Shown: positions 19,679-29,274 of the stretch, in pieces
Numbering within the stretch: position 1 is the stretch's first letter
How the letters are laid out: every line of letters starts with the position of its first letter
From: a virus
Length of the DNA stretch: 64,000 nucleotides
Reading direction: 5' to 3' (one strand)
IMG/VR virus record: IMGVR_UViG_3300002835_000018
The notes under the pieces: generated by a model
Seen by the model: only the letters and a program-made list of their open reading frames with translations
Told to the model about the DNA's origin: nothing
The model's database searches: none
Program-made: the position numbers and the translations under genes

Positions 19679-21679
19679 CTATATAAGCATGAATAGTTTT
19701 TTGTCAATTAGCTGTTCTGGAAATCCATCAAAATTACTATATGCAAAAGTTTCGCCAGCCCTAATATGTTTTTCAGCATCTTTCTTCCTAACCCTGAGAA
19801 CACCTATAGGAAGATTATCGCCAGTATCAAAGTCTTTAAGGTGACCATGAGCATCGCCCCAACTATTAACAATAATTGCATATGGGTCTTTAGCCCTATC
19901 ATCAACGCCTATGAAGCACATTTGATGGCCCCAATTATCTGTCTGGCTATGAAACCCATCAGATTCTGGTTCCATTTCATATCCTACATCACTAGCAGTG
20001 GTGCAAGGATATCCATTAACAATAGCCTCAACCAATTGATCCCAACTTTTAATTTTCGCAGCAGACTTTACTGGGTGTTTAGTTCCTTCTTCAATAAACT
20101 TTTTATCTGGTCCTGGCGTATCACCCCATTTTTTAGCTACGCTTCCAGCATACTTAGGAACACCATCAAAACCACTACGCAAAACCCCATATTTAATAAC
20201 AGCATCTGCCATCCAACTCCCAAGAGAACCATCTTCACCATTCAATTGTCCACGACCAACAAGAACTCTTCCTGTTCCATAAAGATATGGAGGAAAGACA
20301 GGTTCAAATTTTTCGTGATCGCCTTTCATAAGTTTTTCAGTAGCCATTAAGTATTCAACAGCATTTTTAGCACCAAAACTTACACAGTTATGTTGAGCAA
20401 TACCATTAGCTATTAAAGTATGCTCTCCTTCAACAGTAATACAAAAAACTGGAAAGTCTGAAACTTGTTTTCTAGATATGTTAGTTATCTTTCTGGCAAA
20501 ACCAAATGGTGTTTTATGGATCTTTAATGCTTTGGGTTTGGTTACTTCATATGCACCTAAAGATAATGCATCAAAACCATATAGATCCATTTGACCAGCA
20601 GCAACAGTTTGATGAGAAGCTTTCTTTCTTTTTAATGTCATAGGGTTAAGATTACAAGACAAGCATAATCTAGATAAATCATTCAACAAAGAATCAGATG
20701 CTGTTACCCCAATAATTCTTGTTGCTCTTTTACTAAAATGACCATCTCCATCTATCCATCCTCTAATGCAAGATATCTTTACAGTTAATGGGCTATTAAA
20801 TATAAAAGATGGAACTGTTTTAGAGTAAGTATTATTGGGAATTAACTGCTTAATAAAAGTAGCTAATTTTGTGTTATGTATTTCTACTAACAAAACATTT
20901 TGTTTTTTCTTGTGGTAATATTTTTTAGCTTCTAATCCAAATACATTTTTAGTTATAGCTATAATTTCTTCCGCAAAAAGTTCTTCATTAATGTTAAAAT
21001 TAAATGTTATTTTATTGTATTTGCCATTAATAGCTGTTTTAGTCTTAGAACAACCACCTTCTGCTAAATATAAACCTATAAATCTTGCAAGATTTTCGTC
21101 TACCTTTATAGATTTTCCATTAAAACCTATGTGTTGATATTCAGAAGATTGAACACCAAAAGGCAAAAGAAGATAGTCACCTTTAGAATAGTCTTTAAAT
21201 TTCTTTTTTCCAAAACCATCAAATTTAAATCTATATCCATTATATGGCATAAATAAAGCATCATGCGTTTCTGTTGCGGTTATAGTGCGATTCCAACCCT
21301 TAACCTTTAAGGTAACTAGATCGCCAGTAAATCGTTTGCGAACTAGTCCTATAACTTTTCTAGGCTGGTTTATATGATTTAGTACATACTCGCCTTCAGA
21401 TATATCTTCTACGCTCTTCTCTGTACCATCAGCCATGCAAACTTTAGTACCAGCCACATAACAATCACCAATCTCTTGAGCGTAATTAGGCGTATCATTA
21501 CCAAGCACTTTACGAACAACATCGTACAACATCATCTTTTTGCCTTTAGTGTCTTGGCTTTTGCCATAAACATTAAAGTCTCTAAATGATCCATTATCTT
21601 TGATTAAATTAAATTCACTTTCAACAAGCGAAGGATTGTCTTTTCCTGCCCAACCATTAATCTTTGATAGTTCAAACAT
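19679..21679 (-). CDS. papain-like (C1) cysteine peptidase containing an intein
   Basis: Spliced Q-EIGD|CVSFG catalytic Cys motif, WGHQM His, VNSWG Asn. Confidence 0.88.
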   Translation of the reverse strand: MFELSKINGWAGKDNPSLVESEFNLIKDNGSFRDFNVYGKSQDTKGKKMMLYDVVRKVLGNDTPNYAQEIGDCYVAGTKVCMADGTEKSVEDISEGEYVLNHINQPRKVIGLVRKRFTGDLVTLKVKGWNRTITATETHDALFMPYNGYRFKFDGFGKKKFKDYSKGDYLLLPFGVQSSEYQHIGFNGKSIKVDENLARFIGLYLAEGGCSKTKTAINGKYNKITFNFNINEELFAEEIIAITKNVFGLEAKKYYHKKKQNVLLVEIHNTKLATFIKQLIPNNTYSKTVPSFIFNSPLTVKISCIRGWIDGDGHFSKRATRIIGVTASDSLLNDLSRLCLSCNLNPMTLKRKKASHQTVAAGQMDLYGFDALSLGAYEVTKPKALKIHKTPFGFARKITNISRKQVSDFPVFCITVEGEHTLIANGIAQHNCVSFGAKNAVEYLMATEKLMKGDHEKFEPVFPPYLYGTGRVLVGRGQLNGEDGSLGSWMADAVIKYGVLRSGFDGVPKYAGSVAKKWGDTPGPDKKFIEEGTKHPVKSAAKIKSWDQLVEAIVNGYPCTTASDVGYEMEPESDGFHSQTDNWGHQMCFIGVDDRAKDPYAIIVNSWGDAHGHLKDFDTGDNLPIGVLRVRKKDAEKHIRAGETFAYSNFDGFPEQLIDKKLFMLI
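20387..21463 (-). mobile_element. intein (359 aa) with LAGLIDADG homing endonuclease
   Basis: CYVAGTKV start, TETH block B, IGLYLAEG and IRGWIDGDG, end AQHN|C. Confidence 0.93.
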
Positions 21680-21686
21680 GTTTCAC

Positions 21687-22466
21687 CTATTTTATTGATT
21701 TAAGTCCAAATGATATTTCTCTCCACGCAATAGCAAAATCTTCTTTGGTTTGCATTTTACTAGTTTTATATAAATCAAAAAGCTTTTCTTGTATTTCTGT
21801 AAATAATGGTTCCCACTTTGTTCTATCTCCACCAGATTTTGTTAATGCTAATTTATTTGATTCTGCGGTTTTTTTCAGTATGTCTTCAAGTGTTGCAATT
21901 GTTCCAGCAGCAATAGCAGCAGCCATACTATCAAAAGATGTTGCAATAGCAGTAGATTGTTTTATCTTATCTGTTTTTGATAGCTTGATATTTTTAACAG
22001 AATCATAAACAAATTTAGAAAGTTGATATTTTGACTCTCCAAATTCTGGTTCAACTTCTGGCTCTGATGGAGTATCAGGTTCTGGTTCGCCAATAAAAAC
22101 ATCTGTTGAAATAAAATTGGTTCTAGTGGCTGCTTCTAAAAGTTTTTCATTATCTTTAACTACATATAAATGCGTTATTGAAACAATAACTTTAAGTCTT
22201 TTTGCTTGTATACCAGAACCAAAGAAAACGCCATTTTCATAGTTACGAATTCTTTTTTCTGTATAACCATCAAAAACTTTCCATGCGTATGTGGTTGAAA
22301 CTAAAAACTTTGGTGCGGATTGAATTGGGCTTATAGACAAATCTACAAGCTCACCTAATGGAATAGGAACTTCTGCCCCAATAATTTTTTGTTCTGGAAT
22401 TATAAAGTTTTCTGCAAAAGTAAAATTGCAAAACACCAACAAAAAAAACAGCGATTTCTTAAACAT
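21687..22466 (-). CDS. secreted protein with Pro/Glu linker
   Basis: Signal peptide MFKKSLFFLLVFCNFTFA; EPEPDTPSEPEVEPE linker. Confidence 0.75.
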   Translation of the reverse strand: MFKKSLFFLLVFCNFTFAENFIIPEQKIIGAEVPIPLGELVDLSISPIQSAPKFLVSTTYAWKVFDGYTEKRIRNYENGVFFGSGIQAKRLKVIVSITHLYVVKDNEKLLEAATRTNFISTDVFIGEPEPDTPSEPEVEPEFGESKYQLSKFVYDSVKNIKLSKTDKIKQSTAIATSFDSMAAAIAAGTIATLEDILKKTAESNKLALTKSGGDRTKWEPLFTEIQEKLFDLYKTSKMQTKEDFAIAWREISFGLKSIK

Positions 22467-22482
22467 GTTAATTTCCTATAAT

Positions 22483-22626
22483 TTACTTATTGGTTTTATC
22501 AATAAAACATTCTTTACTATGCTTATGTTTTTTTAAACTATCTGAAACATAAAACAATACAAATATTATTGCTAAAATAATAGCTATTACAACATTAGAA
22601 ACAAATTTAACTAGAAACTTAAACAC
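22483..22626 (-). CDS. small single-pass membrane protein (47 aa)
   Basis: Manual: GTG start overlapping the upstream TAG; VVIAIILAIIFVLFYV then basic tail. Confidence 0.55.
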   Translation of the reverse strand: MFKFLVKFVSNVVIAIILAIIFVLFYVSDSLKKHKHSKECFIDKTNK

Positions 22627-22886
22627 TAGTATTTGCCTTGAGCAGTCCTAGCAGCAAGGATAAAATCTTCTGCTTTAATTTGACTAAGGTCACCATCAAA
22701 TTTATTGATCAAAAAAGTTAAAGCAGTAACAAACCAAGGTTCTTCAGCAATTTTAACAATTTGAGCGACAACCTTATCATCTGATTCACCAGGAATGATT
22801 GTGGAAACCCACTTTAAAGTAGAAACAATAATAGCTACAGATTTTGCAACTTGATCAGGGCTAAAACTTTTTACAACATCAGACAT
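22626..22886 (-). CDS. small amphipathic protein
   Basis: 86 aa, AGGAG RBS. Confidence 0.7.
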   Translation of the reverse strand: MSDVVKSFSPDQVAKSVAIIVSTLKWVSTIIPGESDDKVVAQIVKIAEEPWFVTALTFLINKFDGDLSQIKAEDFILAARTAQGKY

Positions 22887-22925
22887 AATAAAATCTCCTT
22901 TTGAGTAATGGATAAATACAATATA

Positions 22926-23513
22926 TCAATCATTTTTCCAACTGCAAGCCAATATGTTTAAATTTTTATTCAATTCTGTTTCTTTTTTTACATCTTCAAT
23001 ATTTTCACTGCCAACAGTTTTTAATTCACCGTTCTTTTCTAAAAGAACTGCCCAAAATTTATATTTATTTTTTAAAACTTTTATCAATGCTTTAAGTGCA
23101 ATATTTTTATTCTTTGATTCTTTCTCTTCGGTTAAAAGCTTTTCTATATTAGTTTGAACATCTGAATCGTCAAAAAGATTTGCTACACCTAACCAAAATC
23201 TATATCTTGTCCATATTCGTAAAACTTCTACTCCAGCAACAGATTCTATTTTTTCTTTAACTGTATCGGTTATTTCAAAGTTACAATGTCCAACCCAAAG
23301 TTTATAAAGCTTTGCTGTAACAGCATTTTCATTTAATGGTAAAAGACCATAAGGACCGACAACTAATCTAACATGCCTTTCTTCAGAATCATCAAATTCT
23401 TTAAAGCTATCTTTATGAGATTTTGTTTCAAGATCAATGTCTTCTTTGTTTGGCGTAAGTGGATCTTCCCACTTTAACCACTGTATTTTTTTAATCATTC
23501 TTTCTGTCCGCAA
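22926..23513 (-). CDS. hypothetical protein
   Basis: 195 aa ORF. Confidence 0.7.
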   Translation of the reverse strand: MRTERMIKKIQWLKWEDPLTPNKEDIDLETKSHKDSFKEFDDSEERHVRLVVGPYGLLPLNENAVTAKLYKLWVGHCNFEITDTVKEKIESVAGVEVLRIWTRYRFWLGVANLFDDSDVQTNIEKLLTEEKESKNKNIALKALIKVLKNKYKFWAVLLEKNGELKTVGSENIEDVKKETELNKNLNILACSWKND

Positions 23514-24294
23514 ATTTTCTGTATTGTAGCCACCCTAAGAAATTACCGCTATAGGTATCAGACGATGTAGGAGTAGCACAATGCTCAAAAGGACTCCAAT
23601 GACCTTCATTCATTAATCTGTCATGAAGATCATAATCTTTTTCATTATCTATTTTGCCTTCAAAATTAAGATAGCTAACTCTAGCACAACGAGCCACACT
23701 TATTTTAAGCATTTTTTCTATTGGTATACCATCATCTACATAAGCATCGCCAAATGGAATGTGCCAATCGCCAAAATTTTTAATCTTGGGAGTTGATTCA
23801 TCTAATACGGTTTTCATTTTTGTTGCTAATTCACATATTTCTGGTTGTGCATCAGGACTTATTCTTAATTTAAAAAAATTATCCCATTCTGTAGAAGTAA
23901 CAATTGTTGTTATGTGCGAAAATGGCTCTAATATTCTATTGGCTATGCTTTTGTGAACACCAAGTTCTTTTAGTAATGCACATTTTTTAATAACAAACTC
24001 TGCTGCTTCTTCCCAAACATGATTACACATGACTTCTTTGTTATGATCTAATCTTTCGCCAGATGACATTCCCTTTTGGTTTTTTGCCCAAACACTTGGT
24101 TTTGCCATATCTTCTTTAATATCATCAATCATTTTATCAACTGGTATAGCTCGGCTACTACTGGCATTTCTAGAAAAGATTCTATGTGTCATAAACTCAG
24201 AATGTATAAATCTTGGATATTTAATAACCATAGTGGTTATTCTTCTATCGTGAATAGATATGGAATCTGAAATTATTTTTGCTTCTATCGTCAT
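23491..24294 (-). CDS. thyX: FAD-dependent thymidylate synthase
   Basis: SEFMTHRIFSRNASSSR, AQPEI, HWSPFEH. Confidence 0.92.
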   Translation of the reverse strand: MTIEAKIISDSISIHDRRITTMVIKYPRFIHSEFMTHRIFSRNASSSRAIPVDKMIDDIKEDMAKPSVWAKNQKGMSSGERLDHNKEVMCNHVWEEAAEFVIKKCALLKELGVHKSIANRILEPFSHITTIVTSTEWDNFFKLRISPDAQPEICELATKMKTVLDESTPKIKNFGDWHIPFGDAYVDDGIPIEKMLKISVARCARVSYLNFEGKIDNEKDYDLHDRLMNEGHWSPFEHCATPTSSDTYSGNFLGWLQYRKFADRKND

Positions 24295-24602
24295 TATTTT
24301 TCCTTAAAAACAAATGCCTCGCTTGGAAGAACCAATGGCTTTTCATCTGATGTAACTAAAAAATTAGAAAGCATTTTTTTAATTATTAAATCAGATAAGC
24401 CTTTATCGTCAGCAATAATTCCACCTTCAACAACACCATGTATTATTGATGTCATCATACTTCCAGTTTGTAAAGAAGAAAGAAAAGATGCTGTTTTTTC
24501 AGATAAAACAGACTTTTCTTCTTTGTCTATTGCTTCTGGAAATATAAAAGTTGTTATAATATCACTTGAATTTACATCAAAAATTATTTTTATATTTTTC
24601 AT
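24294..24602 (-). CDS. hypothetical protein
   Basis: Coupled ORF; probable start MKNIK. Confidence 0.6.
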   Translation of the reverse strand: MKNIKIIFDVNSSDIITTFIFPEAIDKEEKSVLSEKTASFLSSLQTGSMMTSIIHGVVEGGIIADDKGLSDLIIKKMLSNFLVTSDEKPLVLPSEAFVFKEK

Positions 24603-24603
24603 A

Positions 24604-25002
24604 TTATCTGTTGTATAGGTTGTTAAAACAGTGAATAACCTGAGATATATAGTCCTCTTCAAAATTTTCTGATTCAAGAATAGAACTCATTTTTACAGCT
24701 TCATAAGTTTTAACAACTATATTGTCTGGAAGCTTACACATATAAACAAAGCTGTATTTTTTATTTGATACTATGGTTCCAGATAAAAATAAATTGATCC
24801 AACCAAAACCTCTTTTGTCTATTGGTTGAACACCAGTAATTGATTTAAATGATGCATTAACAAATTTATCAACATCATAATCATCGTCTTTCATTTGAAA
24901 ACTTGGCAATTCATAATTTCCATTTTCGTTTTTTGAAAATAGAATTGATGGCTCTTTTTCGTCTTCTGTTTTGCACATTAAAAATGATATTGTTAAATTC
25001 AT
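24604..25002 (-). CDS. hypothetical protein
   Basis: 132 aa coupled ORF. Confidence 0.65.
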   Translation of the reverse strand: MNLTISFLMCKTEDEKEPSILFSKNENGNYELPSFQMKDDDYDVDKFVNASFKSITGVQPIDKRGFGWINLFLSGTIVSNKKYSFVYMCKLPDNIVVKTYEAVKMSSILESENFEEDYISQVIHCFNNLYNR

Positions 25003-26063
25003 AATTCACCAATTATTGTTTCACAAGATTTTTCCCAAGTGTTTTCGCTAAAGTAATTTATGCCTTTAGAGTTTATTTTTAAATCACCCTTTTGTTTTTT
25101 CTCATGGATGCTTCTTAGTGCAGAAGAAAATTCTTCTACATATTTTTTTCCAAGTTTAGCCCATTCTGCTGAACCATCAAACCATTTTCCATCGTAAGCA
25201 CTTTCCATACCTTCTGGATTAATTAAAATCGCACCAGCATCATTAGCAAATTCTGTTGGACCAGAATAATTTGTAGCAATACAATGTTTGCCCATTGACA
25301 ACATCTCAGAAAGTTCTAAGTTCCAAGCTTCTGCACGATATGGAAATATGCCAACATCAGAACCATGCATAAGCCTATTAACATCTGCTTGAGATTTTAA
25401 TCTTTCTTTTAAAACAATTATCTTATCAAAATATTTACTTTTTTCAAAAAATGAAATCCAGTGATTTTGTTCTTCTTGTGACAAAAATGGATTAGAGCAA
25501 CACATTATAAGTTTGAAATCATCATCTTTATCAAAAGTTTTTTCTATAATATCTATGATGAGATCATGGCCTTTCCTTATTTCCCACTTACCAACACAAA
25601 CTATTTTGGTTGTTTTTTTATCATCTATTTTAGATTCTGGAAAAACTACTTTATCTACACCAAGTTTTACAACTACTATTTTTGAACTTTCCAAACCAGA
25701 ATTTATAAGAACATCTTTTGCCCAAGAGGATGTAACAAAAACTTTTTCTAAAAATTTTAAGTGGTGAACTTCATTTTCTTTTATTTTATTAGTTTCAAAA
25801 AATGTTAAACCAAACTTTTTACCATTTCCAACATGGGATGCCATATCAAACTGATGCCATATTTTTAAACTTGGTGCTGTGTAGTTAAATGTTTTTGTTT
25901 TTTCAATAGAAGACCTTAAGATATCATGTTTTGATTCTTCGCAATCTACTGGCCCAATTGGCCATAGTGCTACATTATGATTTTTTTGTAAATTTAAAAA
26001 AACATTTAAACCAACGACACCATACCCAAGCTGATTTATTGGGCAACTGAGATTTATATCCAT
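24999..26063 (-). CDS. GT4 glycosyltransferase
   Basis: VGKWEIRKG, YRAEAWNLELSE, ATNYSG; AAGGAGG RBS before ATG 26063. Confidence 0.88.
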   Translation of the reverse strand: MDINLSCPINQLGYGVVGLNVFLNLQKNHNVALWPIGPVDCEESKHDILRSSIEKTKTFNYTAPSLKIWHQFDMASHVGNGKKFGLTFFETNKIKENEVHHLKFLEKVFVTSSWAKDVLINSGLESSKIVVVKLGVDKVVFPESKIDDKKTTKIVCVGKWEIRKGHDLIIDIIEKTFDKDDDFKLIMCCSNPFLSQEEQNHWISFFEKSKYFDKIIVLKERLKSQADVNRLMHGSDVGIFPYRAEAWNLELSEMLSMGKHCIATNYSGPTEFANDAGAILINPEGMESAYDGKWFDGSAEWAKLGKKYVEEFSSALRSIHEKKQKGDLKINSKGINYFSENTWEKSCETIIGEL

Positions 26064-26088
26064 AGTATCCTCCTTATGCAAATCAAAC

Positions 26089-26262
26089 TTATTTGTTTGT
26101 AGTCCTCATTTTTTCAAAAACAACTATCTTAGTATATCCTTGTAACTCTAATGATAAAGCTTTTTTTTCTGCTCTTTGCCAATAAATTTCTTCGTACTCT
26201 GCTATTTTTATTCTTGTTTTGCCATTAGGCTCTGTTGCCCAAACTTCAAAATAAGTTTGCAT
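26089..26262 (-). CDS. small hypothetical protein (57 aa)
   Basis: Manual: MQTYFEVWATEP...; AGGAGG RBS. Confidence 0.6.
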   Translation of the reverse strand: MQTYFEVWATEPNGKTRIKIAEYEEIYWQRAEKKALSLELQGYTKIVVFEKMRTTNK

Positions 26263-26313
26263 GGGATACCTCCTTTAAAAAGGATAAAGCCCATGTATAA
26301 ATACCCCTAACTA

Positions 26314-26580
26314 TTAGCTATATATAAACTTGGATAGCTTTAGACCAATCACTTCCTTGATAATTTTTCTAATTATTAGATTTTTTATAGTATCTTCTAT
26401 TTCTATACTTGAATAAATAAGGCTACCGTGTTCCTTTTTTACTTGAGAAACAACTAAGGAACGCAAATTTTCTTCAGATGTTAATTCATCTTCAACTAAA
26501 GAGTTATAAATAAAACTCTCAAGCTCATTGTATATTTTAAAATCTACAGCGTTTTTTACTTTTGTATAGTGATTTTTCAT
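26314..26580 (-). CDS. hypothetical protein
   Basis: 88 aa ORF. Confidence 0.6.
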   Translation of the reverse strand: MKNHYTKVKNAVDFKIYNELESFIYNSLVEDELTSEENLRSLVVSQVKKEHGSLIYSSIEIEDTIKNLIIRKIIKEVIGLKLSKFIYS

Positions 26581-26581
26581 T

Positions 26582-27067
26582 TTACCAATCGTTAGGTGTT
26601 ATTGAATTATTCCATTGAAAATCATGAAAAGTCAAACCGTTTAAGTGTGCTATTTCATGTTGAGCAACACAACTCTCTAAAAAATTATCATTGCTTTCTT
26701 CTGGTCTACTTCCAAAAAAAATTGATCCATCATGATTTAAACATGCAACTTCAATCCACATATGTCTATAAACATCAAGTTGCTCATCTGGAAAACTTAA
26801 ACAACCTTCTTTTTTACAAATCTTTACTTGAGAAAAATTTATTATTTTAGGATTTATTAAAATAAATGGCTTATTGTTTTTAAGAACTATGGCAACCGAA
26901 GCATCTATGCCAAATTGATTTGCTGCTAAACCAACAGCTTTTACTTCGTTTTTTTTATTGTAAAGGTTCAAAAATTGCCACATTCTTTTAGCAATAGTTT
27001 TTCCTTTTTTTAAATCTACTTCTTTGCATTTTGTTTTTAAAACAGGGTTATTTATTATTATTTTCAT
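26582..27067 (-). CDS. def: peptide deformylase
   Basis: GLAANQ, EGCLS, QHEIAHLNG. Confidence 0.95.
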   Translation of the reverse strand: MKIIINNPVLKTKCKEVDLKKGKTIAKRMWQFLNLYNKKNEVKAVGLAANQFGIDASVAIVLKNNKPFILINPKIINFSQVKICKKEGCLSFPDEQLDVYRHMWIEVACLNHDGSIFFGSRPEESNDNFLESCVAQHEIAHLNGLTFHDFQWNNSITPNDW

Positions 27068-27533
27068 TAAAGTATTCTTCTATGTCCTTTTCTACTTGAA
27101 TAGCATTAACATAACCGTCTGGTATTACCGCAAATCTGCAAACGCCATCCAGTTCTATTTGTTGATCAAGTATAATACATGCGTTTTCTGATTTATGTAA
27201 TGCACAATTTCCGCATTTAACACCAATATTTTTAGTTGGGTTATTCTCTGCGTTTTCATACCCAACCCAAATGCCATTAGATTTATCAAGTGGACCAACT
27301 TTTTGAGACAATGAAATAAGTGAATTAGCTAATTCTTTTTCGTCATTTGAAAGTTGTAAATAAAGATCTTCATACGATTGAGACTTCATTATTTTAGCAA
27401 ATTTTTCTGGACCCTCAATAGAAATACCTTGCCTAATAGCTTGTTTTTTAGCATCTTTTCCAAGATAACATTTACCTTGATCGCCCCATTTCCAACCATC
27501 TTTACCATTTTCAGAACAATTTTTTAAAGGCAT
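27048..27533 (-). CDS. hypothetical protein with Cys cluster
   Basis: KWGDQGKCY N-terminus; CGNC...C...C C-terminus. Confidence 0.65.
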   Translation of the reverse strand: MPLKNCSENGKDGWKWGDQGKCYLGKDAKKQAIRQGISIEGPEKFAKIMKSQSYEDLYLQLSNDEKELANSLISLSQKVGPLDKSNGIWVGYENAENNPTKNIGVKCGNCALHKSENACIILDQQIELDGVCRFAVIPDGYVNAIQVEKDIEEYFNENNNK

Positions 27534-27919
27534 TAGAATCTCCTAGCTATAAGCTTACAAAGTTTTATAAAATACTTTTCGCTCAAATTCATCTTCATGT
27601 AATTAACATCTTTATGAACCCATTGTATATTTTCTTTAGTGTACCCAAGGTCACTATTTTTTCTGTCTATTGAAGCAGTTCCTAAAGAATATATGTTTTT
27701 ATTACTAATTCTTTTTAAATATTTTGTATGCGTTATTTTTAATCCAGTATAGAAACATCTTTTATTTTGTTTTAAGAAAATTTCCCAAGCATCTTGCATT
27801 GTTGCTGTTATTTCTATATTTCTTTTTTTTGCATTCTTTATTAAAGAACACCAATATCTTCCAGATATTTTTCCAACTGTTCTATTATTGTGAGACTTTT
27901 TTTTCATGACTACCCCCAT
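27533..27919 (-). CDS. HNH/His-Me finger endonuclease-like protein
   Basis: CFYTG...SIDRKNSDLGYTKENIQWVHKDVNYMK. Confidence 0.75.
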   Translation of the reverse strand: MGVVMKKKSHNNRTVGKISGRYWCSLIKNAKKRNIEITATMQDAWEIFLKQNKRCFYTGLKITHTKYLKRISNKNIYSLGTASIDRKNSDLGYTKENIQWVHKDVNYMKMNLSEKYFIKLCKLIARRF

Positions 27920-27953
27920 ACTAATACACAGTATGAGGGTAAAACATTGAATA

Positions 27954-28670
27954 TTATTTCATGGAAACAGCTTGAGGATTTGAGTTTTTGAATGCCGTTG
28001 ATTCATTCTTCCACCCAAATTGTTCTAATGCAGTATGATATCCACTTGTCCATGAACCATCTGCGTAAAGCTTTGCACAAGCCTCCCAACCATCACGATA
28101 TGAACCAGATCCAGTTGGTGAACCAGCCCTTAAAATAGCATCTCTATAGCCATTTTCATAAGTTGGTTTGCCTCTTTCTGCATAAATTTCATCTTTCAAC
28201 AGCCTGTTTTCAGCAGCAAAAAGTTCTTTAACTGTTATATTTTTATTAGTTTCTACCACATACATATGGCTAACATAAATTGAATATCCTAAAAAAACTA
28301 ACGCAATAGAACCAAAAAACTTGCTCATAATAGTCCTCCATAAAGAAATAGGTCTTTGAAAAGTCTTAACTCTAAATTGTTTTACTCTTTTGTAATGCTC
28401 TTGGCAATCCCTAATTACTTCTGGATTGTAATTTTTATAGTTGTGCAAGTGCCCAAAAACAAAATGACAATGTTTGCAAAGAGTACATAAGTTGTTTCTA
28501 CATAACTCTTTAGATGAATCAACACTAACTGGTATTATATGATGAACTTGAACCTCTTTTTTTGTGCCACAACCTATACATGATGGATTATCTTCAATGT
28601 GTTGACAACGAAGAGTCCACCATTTACCAGAACGATCAGAACCAAAAAAACCAAAAAAATACTTAAACAT
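27954..28670 (-). CDS. HNH endonuclease fused in frame to a membrane-anchored protein
   Basis: CIGC..VHHIIP...NLCTLCKHCH, then internal GGAGG + ATG (28328) and a TM segment. Confidence 0.7.
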   Translation of the reverse strand: MFKYFFGFFGSDRSGKWWTLRCQHIEDNPSCIGCGTKKEVQVHHIIPVSVDSSKELCRNNLCTLCKHCHFVFGHLHNYKNYNPEVIRDCQEHYKRVKQFRVKTFQRPISLWRTIMSKFFGSIALVFLGYSIYVSHMYVVETNKNITVKELFAAENRLLKDEIYAERGKPTYENGYRDAILRAGSPTGSGSYRDGWEACAKLYADGSWTSGYHTALEQFGWKNESTAFKNSNPQAVSMK

Positions 28671-29274
28671 TAATGTCCTTGCTGTATTCAAAATTATAAA
28701 AATCTTTTTCTGCCCATTCAATTGTCATTTCAATTGTTTTTTTATTGTGCTCTTCTTTCCAATGTTTTGTCGATCCTAATTTCTCATTTATTATTGGAAC
28801 ATTAAAATCTATAGAGTGAATATTCAGCATTTTTAAATCACTTTGCAGGTTTTCCTGTTTTATAAATGAACGATACTTAGACACCCATTCTGTTATCGTA
28901 TAATGGAAAAAACCATCGTTAGAAAGTTTTTTATTTAAAACAAGACCTATAAATTCTTCAAGAGTTTTTTCTTTTAACAAAAATTCATTTTCGTAATTCT
29001 GTCCGTACTTCCAATGATTGTAAAGAGAAACTATTCTAGAAAAAGGATTTCTTACACTTATAAAAACATTATAGTCATCATATTCAGAACTTAATTTGTC
29101 AGGAGGCCAAGGGGTGTGTTGACCATTTATTTCTATGCCTTCAAAATTAACATTTAAATCTTGAATAAAAGCATTGTTGTTATACTTTCCATCCGTTAAA
29201 ACATATGATATGGCTGTACTACCAGTCTTTGGTGGTCCTATGTAAAGCCATTTCTTTTTTTTGTTAAGTATCAT
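28663..29274 (-). CDS. sulfotransferase-family protein
   Basis: PPKTGSTAI (5'-PSB) and RNPFSRIVSLY (3'-PB). Confidence 0.85.
   Translation of the reverse strand: MILNKKKKWLYIGPPKTGSTAISYVLTDGKYNNNAFIQDLNVNFEGIEINGQHTPWPPDKLSSEYDDYNVFISVRNPFSRIVSLYNHWKYGQNYENEFLLKEKTLEEFIGLVLNKKLSNDGFFHYTITEWVSKYRSFIKQENLQSDLKMLNIHSIDFNVPIINEKLGSTKHWKEEHNKKTIEMTIEWAEKDFYNFEYSKDINV

Noticed and set aside
19766-20350. 194-aa plus-strand ORF and the many other short antisense ORFs in the track
   Set aside because: They lie opposite well-supported genes, lack RBS and motifs, and are best explained as shadow frames
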